Made by a program: the position numbers and the translations under genes. 60,586 bases of DNA from a virus (Duplodnaviria > Caudoviricetes), in the IMG/VR virus record IMGVR_UViG_3300002219_000012, positions 1 through 60,586 of that record; one strand, given 5' to 3'. The notes below the pieces were generated by a model. That model saw only the letters and a list, made by a program, of their open reading frames with translations, was not told the DNA's origin and did not search any database. The number at the start of each line of letters is the position of its first letter. Position 1 is the first letter of the stretch. Positions 1-7,600 of the stretch are shown here, in pieces.

Positions 1-21
1 AGAAGGGCGGTGAACGGATGA
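1..21 (+). repeat. 21-bp exact direct repeat AGAAGGGCGGTGAACGGATGA, copy 1
   Basis: Identical to 58509-58529. Confidence 0.95.
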
Positions 22-314
22 ACCAGCTCGCAATCATGGAAAGCAAGATCGAAGTCCTCTGTCGGCAACTTGACGACAAAGACCTGGAACTGAAAACCGT
101 CCGTATTGCCCACGCCGTCGAAAAGGACATCATGCAGACCAATTTCACGCGCTGTAAGCAGGCCGCGGAATACTGGAAGGCCCAGGCGAAAGATCTGCAT
201 TGCTGCGGGAACTGCAAGAAATACGTCGAGAACAGGAATTGCTATAACATGCGCCCCGGATCGTATTGCTATGAGTGGGCGTCGGACGGGTTGACAAGGA
301 AAGACAGGGAATAA
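18..314 (+). CDS. Small Cys-rich protein (CCGNC family)
   Basis: Paralog of 58801-59088 (shared MESKIEVLC, CCGNCK, SDGLT..DRE). Confidence 0.8.
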   Translation: MNQLAIMESKIEVLCRQLDDKDLELKTVRIAHAVEKDIMQTNFTRCKQAAEYWKAQAKDLHCCGNCKKYVENRNCYNMRPGSYCYEWASDGLTRKDRE

Positions 315-319
315 AAACA

Positions 320-411
320 TGGCCGTGTGCCGGTGAAATAGCAACAAATGTGATGCCCGACTTAAGTAACGTAGGTTTCACAGGGATACTATCAGTAACC
401 CGTCACGGCCA
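320..411 (+). ncRNA. Putative structured RNA, copy A
   Basis: TGGCCGTG/CACGGCCA closing stem, GAA/AGTA internal loop, stems covary with 59713-59801. Confidence 0.7.
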
Positions 412-428
412 GTTTGAAAGGAGAATTT

Positions 429-677
429 ATGAACGAAGCAGAATCAGTAGAAATTATGTGGGCAGGACAAGTCGGCCAGAGTAGATTAAGCGCAGCAATA
501 GAGGCCGAAGAAATGAATTTGTTTGCTATGTTGAAACCCAAGATATTTATGGACGGGAATCAGTGGTGCGTTCTCTATGGTGAAGATTTGCAAAGCGGTA
601 TTGCTGGCTTTGGAAACACACCACGGCTGGCAATATATGACTTTAACAAACAGTGGGATAAGGGAGTAAAACCATGA
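429..677 (+). CDS. Hypothetical phage protein
   Basis: GAAAGGAG SD before ATG 429; overlaps next ORF. Confidence 0.75.
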   Translation: MNEAESVEIMWAGQVGQSRLSAAIEAEEMNLFAMLKPKIFMDGNQWCVLYGEDLQSGIAGFGNTPRLAIYDFNKQWDKGVKP

Positions 678-1039
678 ACGAACTAAACTACGCAAGTCTT
701 GAAGCCAGCAAGAAGCTGGTGGAGAATGGGATTGTGCTAGATGAAGTTGATTTTATGTGGTTTGAACGCGAAACAGACGATTGGATATTGATTCCCAGCG
801 ATCATGTGTCAATTAAAGCTTTTCAAGACGGCCATGCCTATCCAGCGCCCTGTTTCACAGATATATGGAGAAATTTGCCAGAACGCATAAAATGCAACAG
901 AAAACAAAAGGCACTGCATTTTGAAAAGTGGCGCGGAGAATCATACGCATCGTATGAAAATAATTATCTATGTAAAAGCGCCAATCCCATTAACGCCATG
1001 ATTCATCTTTTAGTGCTGGTGAAGGGAGCAGGGAAATGA
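674..1039 (+). CDS. Hypothetical phage protein
   Basis: ATGA-coupled ORF chain with SD. Confidence 0.75.
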   Translation: MNELNYASLEASKKLVENGIVLDEVDFMWFERETDDWILIPSDHVSIKAFQDGHAYPAPCFTDIWRNLPERIKCNRKQKALHFEKWRGESYASYENNYLCKSANPINAMIHLLVLVKGAGK

Positions 1040-1350
1040 CAGACGCAGACAAGCAGTTGATTTGTGGTTACATGGGGTGGAATCAATCTTGGATTGTTGA
1101 TGAATTTACTGATTGGTATCGTATTGAAAGTTTAACGTGGGTAAAGATCAACTTCGACCTCAACGACGCCGGACTCTGTGTTCAGGAAATGCAGAAGCGG
1201 GGGGATTGGGAAAGGTTTTGTGCAAACGTATTTATACTTTTTATTGATGAAGAAAAGTCATCTTATCTGTTTCCAAAATACATTGCTTGGCTATTCAACG
1301 CCAATAACTTCTTTACTGCAATGACGCAATGGTTGAAGGAGGTGAAATGA
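1036..1350 (+). CDS. Hypothetical phage protein
   Basis: ATGA-coupled ORF chain. Confidence 0.75.
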   Translation: MTDADKQLICGYMGWNQSWIVDEFTDWYRIESLTWVKINFDLNDAGLCVQEMQKRGDWERFCANVFILFIDEEKSSYLFPKYIAWLFNANNFFTAMTQWLKEVK

Positions 1351-1556
1351 CTTTACATCTAATAACGACAAATGACATCAAGGTCAAAGGTCATTATCTA
1401 ACTCACCTTTTGCTGTCAGAATCACAGGACGTAACTATGAGAAAAAGCGACGACGCTACAATGGTAAAATGTCCTGATGGTAGTTATGTTGAGATATTTC
1501 CACACGAATATGAAGCTTTAAAACACCATAAGATTATATGGGAGGAAGAGAAATGA
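1347..1556 (+). CDS. Hypothetical phage protein
   Basis: GGAGGTG SD, ATGA overlap at 1347. Confidence 0.7.
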   Translation: MTLHLITTNDIKVKGHYLTHLLLSESQDVTMRKSDDATMVKCPDGSYVEIFPHEYEALKHHKIIWEEEK

Positions 1557-1783
1557 ATTGTCCTATTTGCGGTTATGATGGGCTAGAAACAGGTGATGTA
1601 TGCCCATCCTGTCACATTTACATTATTAGTCCATATTATTGGCCAGCAGAACCAACCCTGTCAATCTCCGGCCTTGAAAAGATTGAGCCGCTTGAAGGTG
1701 GACTTACTGTTATAGACAAGCTCAATGAAGTCATCGAGAAAGTAAACAGTATAATGGAAGTAATGAATAAGGGGGCGAAATGA
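1553..1783 (+). CDS. Zinc-ribbon protein
   Basis: CPIC...CPSC; GGAGG SD; ATGA overlap. Confidence 0.7.
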   Translation: MNCPICGYDGLETGDVCPSCHIYIISPYYWPAEPTLSISGLEKIEPLEGGLTVIDKLNEVIEKVNSIMEVMNKGAK

Positions 1784-1884
1784 CTACTGCTCTGTTGTTT
1801 GTTTTAGTTGTATTGGTGGTTTTTGTTCTTGATGAATTAATCCAAATTGCTGCCATATTAAAAGATTTGAGGAATAAAAAATGA
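1780..1884 (+). CDS. 34-aa membrane micro-protein
   Basis: MTTALLFVLVVLVVFVLDELIQIAAILKDLRNKK; coupled ATGA overlaps; below ORF-track cutoff. Confidence 0.6.
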   Translation: MTTALLFVLVVLVVFVLDELIQIAAILKDLRNKK

Positions 1885-1979
1885 CAGACATGAAACATAC
1901 GTTTAAGTGGCTGTTGTATTTTATCGGAGGTGCTGCACTGATTATTGGTGCAGTAGTGTTGATTGCAAAATTTATGTAG
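1881..1979 (+). CDS. 32-aa membrane micro-protein
   Basis: MTDMKHTFKWLLYFIGGAALIIGAVVLIAKFM; GAGG SD. Confidence 0.6.
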   Translation: MTDMKHTFKWLLYFIGGAALIIGAVVLIAKFM

Positions 1980-1989
1980 GGGGAATTAA

Positions 1990-2304
1990 ATGATTGAACG
2001 GCAAGAGCTTCATTGCCATAATTGCGATCAGTATGTGCAGTTTAATCTTGATCTTGAGTTAAATGGTAAGCACGTTCTGAACTGCCCAAAATGCGGCCAT
2101 AAGCACTATAGATATATTAAGGATGGAAAAATATCAGACAGAAGATGGGGTCAAGACCCCTCTCAACAGAACGTCATTCAAGTGTCGAGTGTAACCGTAA
2201 CCTATTCAGCAACAAGCACATATACGGCTTATGTGGATTCTGGAACTGGTGGATCAATCTTTCTTTATAGTTCGTGGATGACTGTATCAACAACGGCGTG
2301 CTAA
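1990..2304 (+). CDS. Zinc-ribbon protein with Ser/Thr-rich tail
   Basis: CHNC...CPKC; last gene of plus-strand arm. Confidence 0.7.
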   Translation: MIERQELHCHNCDQYVQFNLDLELNGKHVLNCPKCGHKHYRYIKDGKISDRRWGQDPSQQNVIQVSSVTVTYSATSTYTAYVDSGTGGSIFLYSSWMTVSTTAC

Positions 2305-2420
2305 CTACTTCTGTGGTGGCGTGGTAGCCTGACATAAAGAGTCGCACTGGTAAAAACAGTAAGTAATGCGTCTTGGTCTATAATGGACTTTGTTGCAGAC
2401 CAACTGCCCACAGAAGTTTT

Positions 2421-2834
2421 TTAAAGTAGTAGCACCAGCGCCCCGATAAGCAAGGCCCCTGCCCCAAAGCCACCAAATAACATTGTCCATTGAGGCTTTC
2501 CGGCGGTCTTGATTTCTTCAAGTCTTGCCTTGTCTTTCTCAGATGCTATTTTCCTCTCGGCTTCAAGTTGTTTCATGGTTTCATCAAACTTCTTAGACAT
2601 GGTATCAACTTGTGTTTTAAGGGATTCTATTTGTATAGAAAGTTCTTTGACGGATACCTCATACTGAACCACCTGTTGCTCACAGATACGGCCCTTCTCA
2701 AGCTCAACGACTATTTTAGAGGCATCGGACTCGGTGAAACAGACCTCATTTGCCTGTGACGGTGTAACCCAAATTATTGAAACGAGCAGTAAGCTCAGCA
2801 GAATCCGCCGGCGGTTTAATGTTATCTTTTCCAT
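2421..2834 (-). CDS. Spanin-like protein (signal peptide, coiled coil, C-terminal TM)
   Basis: Overlaps upstream i-spanin-like gene by 89 bp; end of lysis cassette. Confidence 0.55.
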   Translation of the reverse strand: MEKITLNRRRILLSLLLVSIIWVTPSQANEVCFTESDASKIVVELEKGRICEQQVVQYEVSVKELSIQIESLKTQVDTMSKKFDETMKQLEAERKIASEKDKARLEEIKTAGKPQWTMLFGGFGAGALLIGALVLLL

Positions 2835-3090
2835 CTTTCAGTTCCTTTATCTTTTTGATGATGGTGTCGTATCTTTTCTGGCTTTCGATGTATGCGGTCT
2901 GGCTTAATTTTAACTGATGATTGAGGTCAGTTATTCTTTGGTCGTATTGCTTGATGGTTTCAAGCCTTATTTGGTCTGTGAGCCTTCCTATTACGTCGGG
3001 GTCAGGATGATACCGGCCCCAAAAGAAAGCCGCCACAATGACGATAATTGCCGCCGTAACCCCTATTGCTATCCAGTATTGCATCTTCAT
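2746..3090 (-). CDS. i-spanin (Rz)-like protein
   Basis: N-terminal TM (YWIAIGVTAAIIVIVAAFFW) then coiled coil; GGAG SD before ATG 3090. Confidence 0.6.
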   Translation of the reverse strand: MKMQYWIAIGVTAAIIVIVAAFFWGRYHPDPDVIGRLTDQIRLETIKQYDQRITDLNHQLKLSQTAYIESQKRYDTIIKKIKELKDGKDNIKPPADSAELTARFNNLGYTVTGK

Positions 3091-3100
3091 GTGTTCTCCA

Positions 3101-3355
3101 CTATTCTTTAGGCTCTTCTTCCTTCTTCTTTTCTTTGTTTTCAAGGAACTTCTTACCTTGCCATACGCCATAAGAGATTGCGTAAATGGCAATGATAAGT
3201 TCAGCGATCATCTTGAGATTATCTGCAACTTCCTTTTTAAAAGCGGCAACAATAAACAGCGTCATCAAGACCATTGTAAATAACATATTGATGAAACTTC
3301 CACGAATAGTAATGGTCTTATGATTAAAGATAAACCCTTTTTCTTTTTTATCCAT
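3101..3355 (-). CDS. Putative holin, 2 TM
   Basis: Two hydrophobic segments, highly charged C-tail, next to endolysin candidate. Confidence 0.6.
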   Translation of the reverse strand: MDKKEKGFIFNHKTITIRGSFINMLFTMVLMTLFIVAAFKKEVADNLKMIAELIIAIYAISYGVWQGKKFLENKEKKKEEEPKE

Positions 3356-3356
3356 A

Positions 3357-3770
3357 TTACGCCCCTATCATTGACTCTCTGAAAATGGTTATAAATACCT
3401 TGCCCGACTTAAGCCCCTCCTGCAACCTCGACATAAAAGCCTTCATTGCGTGCCGGCTGCCGCCTATAAAATCCTCGCCTTTGGTATTCCCAAGCAAAAT
3501 ACACCCGGATGTGTCGGCCTTGGTATTCCCGGCATGAATACGGACGCCGGTAAACCCCGGCACGTTGAGGATAAGCGGCATGACCCTCTTGAATCTTACA
3601 GAGTAATTGGTAATGACTTCATATCTTCCGCAAGGGATAGCCGTCTCGTTAGGGATCTTCTTATCGCGTATCGCGTCTTCCAGTGTATAACAAAAATACA
3701 CGCCATCAATATAAAGCTCCCCGATGGTTTCGTAAGGCGTTTTCCACCTTCTGAACAGTTCAAGCAGCAT
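3357..3770 (-). CDS. DUF5675-like putative endolysin
   Basis: TLED...TAIPxGxY...RIHAGN...TSGCILLG motif; lysis context. Confidence 0.75.
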   Translation of the reverse strand: MLLELFRRWKTPYETIGELYIDGVYFCYTLEDAIRDKKIPNETAIPCGRYEVITNYSVRFKRVMPLILNVPGFTGVRIHAGNTKADTSGCILLGNTKGEDFIGGSRHAMKAFMSRLQEGLKSGKVFITIFRESMIGA

Positions 3771-3773
3771 TTT

Positions 3774-3977
3774 TTACCCCAGGAACTTCATTCCGAGAAC
3801 GGCCACGACGCCGCCCACAAATCCCCCGGCAAAGGAAAAACATTTATTCCATATCTCAAGCCGGTGAAGTCGTGCGTCCATCGAGCGCAGCGTTTTAAAT
3901 ATCAGCCAATCCCGTTGATCAGCGTTCATCCCCTCCCAGTCCTCGTTTTCGCATACCAGAAATCTATCGCCTGTCAT
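3774..3977 (-). CDS. Small membrane protein (holin/antiholin-like)
   Basis: C-terminal TM; directly upstream of endolysin candidate. Confidence 0.55.
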   Translation of the reverse strand: MTGDRFLVCENEDWEGMNADQRDWLIFKTLRSMDARLHRLEIWNKCFSFAGGFVGGVVAVLGMKFLG

Positions 3978-3992
3978 GACGTGTGCCCTCCT

Positions 3993-4427
3993 TTATATTC
4001 CTACAAATAAGAGCACCAGTGTAACGACGGCGCTATCCACGGAATTGCCCGACAGATTGACAGTTATGTTCCCGGTGATCGGGGCGGGTTGTGCGAACGC
4101 TCCTGGCCCGGCGGGGACAAACGACAATGTTGCGTTGTCGATAATGTTTTCACCCTTGCCACCAAGCAAATCGACGCCGTTTTCGTCGGTAATAGTCAGA
4201 TCGCTGTTGTCGGTCGGCCCCGTTGTGCCTGGGATTGCCTTGACTGAATGCAGGCTTAATCCGCGCAAATCGTAATCCGAAACATTGTCCAATGTGTTTA
4301 CGACGGTCGCCGGATAAGTGTGCGCGTCCGCCGATGCGGTGCACGTCAACACAACCTTTAGGATCTGCGGCCGCCCCTGCTGCGTCTGTATCCGCGTAAT
4401 CGCTCCTGTGATAGTTCCCGCTGCCAT
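3993..4427 (-). CDS. Putative virion structural protein
   Basis: Gly/Thr-rich beta-type composition; SD GAAAGGGG. Confidence 0.6.
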   Translation of the reverse strand: MAAGTITGAITRIQTQQGRPQILKVVLTCTASADAHTYPATVVNTLDNVSDYDLRGLSLHSVKAIPGTTGPTDNSDLTITDENGVDLLGGKGENIIDNATLSFVPAGPGAFAQPAPITGNITVNLSGNSVDSAVVTLVLLFVGI

Positions 4428-4451
4428 GATATTATTCCCCTTTCGTAGTTA

Positions 4452-4536
4452 ATAAAAAAGCCTGCCTTCTGCGTGTTTTACGCAAAAAGCAGGCTCGTAG
4501 TCCCTCCGTGGTGAAGGCTTAATAAGTCCCTGTATG
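4452..4536 (-). terminator. Conserved GGGACT element + long intrinsic terminator, copy E1
   Basis: CATACAGGGACT..AAGCCTTC-loop-GGAGGGACTA then AGCCTGC...GCAGGCT + T run; homologous to E2 and E3. Confidence 0.8.
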
Positions 4537-4565
4537 TTAGATCATTCTTGCCTCACTTGCCTAAA

Positions 4566-4594
4566 ATTATACCTTGTCTTTTCTTGAATGTAAA
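4566..4594 (-). promoter_or_regulatory. Sigma70-type promoter
   Basis: TTTACA-17 bp-TATAAT pointing into E1 and lysis genes. Confidence 0.75.
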
Positions 4595-4604
4595 GATAAT
4601 CTTA

Positions 4605-7600
4605 TTAGTTCCGCAATAGCGCCCGCTCGTTCTTCGAGGGGGCCGCCATGCGCCGCGCCTGCATCTGCAATGACTGTGAGGTTATCGGAGAAACGCCCGG
4701 AATTCTCAGCTCCCGGATCTTCTTGTTGTAATCCTGAACCTCTTTTACAATCTCCTTATATTCCCCTCTGTCACGCTTGCCCAACGTCCACGCCCGGTAA
4801 CGCTCGTAAATAGCATTACGCTTATCAGCAAAATCCGCCTGCTGCCGGTGCCCCTCCCAGGTCCTTTCGGAAAGAACAGCCTGATCTGTTGACCGGAATC
4901 CGAATGTCCGGGCCACGGTCGCCGCGCCTTCTGGTTTATAGGGTCTGCCTTGTTCGTCCCATACCGGCCGGTTATTCCGTGTCGTAACGCCCTGGCTTGA
5001 TTCCCGTATCGCCCGGAGCGGATTAGCAAAGCCGGTCGGAAGTAAATGCTCTGCCGCTTTCGCGTACTGCTTGTTTCTGATGCTTTCTTTCGCTTCCTTT
5101 AACTCCGTGGCCACGCCGCCGATGGCGCCTGTAAGGTCAATGAAGTTCTTCGGGATACCGACGCCAGCGGATAATGAGCCGGATATATCCACACCCAGGG
5201 CGCCGGTCAATCCATGCCGCCCTATCTTTTCGGCTTCCAGGCCCAGGTGTTTCCGGATTTCATCCCATACCCACTTTTCCGGATCTCTGTCTTCCCCGAA
5301 TAAGGCTTTCAGGATAAACCCGGCAAAGCTGAAAAGAGCGTCCTTGAAGGGTAGCGCCGCGCCGCCGGCAAGTACCAGAGGCGACAAAAAGGCGAACATC
5401 ATCCCTTTGATATTCTTCTTCTTCGCTCCCATATCATAGAGCATTTGCAGGTAATTATGGCCGAACTTCTGATAAACATAAAACAGTTGTCCAAGCTTGG
5501 CCGCGGGGTTAGTGCCCTGCGCCCACATCGGCATCGTGGATTTGCCATAAACACCATGAGCCTTATCACTGGCTTCCTTGGCTACTTCCGCCGCCTCCCC
5601 GTGGCCCATCCCCTGTTTCCGGGCCAGCCGGTAGGCCGCCAGCATCGTGGTTCCACGGTTCCACTTTTCGGATTTGCCGAACAGATACATGGAGCCGTCC
5701 ATCATCGAGGACCATATCCGCGAATGAGTTTTGGATATCTCGCCCAAGGCCTCCCTGGTATATTGAGCATCGTCCCAGCCCTTTTTCTGGACCTCATCAA
5801 GAAACGCCTGTTCGTCGGCATTGGCCAGCTTCTTTCCGGCCATTAAAGCGCCGTAGTCTTTACCGGAAACGGCCAGCTCTTTGATGATTCCCATCAAGGA
5901 ACCCTTGCCGCCCAAAGCGTATTGGTGAATTGCCGCCGGCGCGGTTGTGATGATCGCCGTCGTGTTGACCGCCAACGAGCGGAGGTTAAAGCCGAGGAAT
6001 TTAAACGTGGCGATGGACTTAGCCAATCCGATCATCCTATCAATCGGTTCGACGTTTCTTAACTGTTCTTCAATGTAATTTTGTGCAACCTGAAAAGCCT
6101 TCGGGTCTTGAACCGGGTCAATTCCACCGATCTGTTTCCCCTCGAACTTCTCGCCCAGCATTTCCTTCATGGCCATTCGCGCTACACGGGCCTTGGCAAT
6201 TCCACCGGAAAGGCTGTTTGTATATTGAAGGTGCCGCTGAATCGGGTCTTCGATGAATCCCCGGACAACCTTCTCGCCCCTTCTGATCATGGTGGATCTG
6301 AACCCCCGGGCCTTGATCGCGTTGGAGACTTCCCTTAACACTTCCTCGTTGAATTTCAGCGTCAATTCGTTGGACAGGGCGCTTTTCTTGCTCAACTTTT
6401 CGAGGGCCGCGTCAATCAGTTTCGCCGTGGCCGTCGCGTTGACATCCTGATAAATCGTCTCGGGCAGTTTTTCAACCTGGCCCACGCTGAAAATCTTCCA
6501 GCCTTCACGCTGCATCTTATTGGCCAGCCGCCGGGCGGATAATTCTGAACCCCTGTGCTCCCGGTACCATTCCCGGTTTTCTTTCATGGGGCCATGCTCT
6601 TTATAAGCCTGTACCTTCCAATTCCCCTGTTCTCTTAATCTCGGGGCATAGAAGCCGCGCCATTCTTCCATTTGTGCCAGAGCGCCTTTAAGGGTCTGCC
6701 TTAATTCGTTCAGGTCGGGCTTTTCGCCCCGGAAATTGGCTTCCTCTGTGATCTCCTCGATCATTTGCCGTAGCTGGGCGGTCTGGAGGTCAAGGGCCTT
6801 GTCGTAAGACTGACGATAGAGCTTCCATACTCTGATCGTGTCTTCCGTCGCGCCCTGCTGCCGGATGTGCTTTTCAAACTCTTTAATCTGCTTGTCCAAA
6901 GGAATGGACGTATTCCGCTTCCAGGACGTATCGCCTTCGTCAATGATCTCCTGCAACTTCTGATATTCAGGGGATACTTTCCCGGCAAGTCTGTCAGCCA
7001 AAGTCAAGCCCTTGTTTTTGAGGGCCTTGGCCGCCTCTGTGACCGTGCTTTCCGGCGCGTCGATATCGTCGGCCATATTCAACTCATTGAAGGTTTCGTG
7101 ATAAATCTCGTTCCGATCGCGCATGAACAGCTTGACGATGTTCTGAATCTGCGGATGACCGAACCATTCAGGGCTCTTTAATATCGTTTCGAGCCAAGTC
7201 ATGTGCGGCGGGTGCAGCTTATTCATCATGGTTTGAATAAGGGCGTCCGTCTCGTCTTTGAGATAAAGATTGAGAACCTTCGGGTCGCGGGAGGTCGGCG
7301 GGTCTTGCTGGGGGCGGATGGAATATTTCCTGGCTGAATATTTTCTGGATTCACTCTCTTTTACAATCGGATCAACTGTCTGTCCGTTTTTCAGTCCGTC
7401 CGTCAATAACACCCCGCCGATTCTTTCCATGCCGGATTCAATATCCGCCACATATTCTTCGGTTGCAAATGGTATATCGACTCGGTATCCACGATTATAA
7501 TTATCTACCCCCAAAACAGTCTTACTCAGATTTTCTCTATACTGAATAAAGGCTTGTGACGTAGTGTCTATTTTCCCTTTGGTCGTTGATTGGCTGTATA

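Noticed and set aside
1-21. attL/attR of an integrated prophage
   Set aside because: No integrase or tRNA; both copies lie at a phage gene junction and phage genes continue beyond copy 2
320-420. Integron attC site
   Set aside because: No RYYYAAC/GTTRRRY box pair and no integron integrase
405-425. Solitary CRISPR-repeat mimic (Racr) from GTTTGAAAG/GTTGAAAG after the ~90-nt hairpins
   Set aside because: Match to ATTGAAAC is short and overlaps the GAAAGGAG SD; the rest does not resemble the repeat
2305-2490. 61-aa minus-strand ORF at the convergence of both arms
   Set aside because: Overlaps the spanin-like gene, no clear SD or family motif
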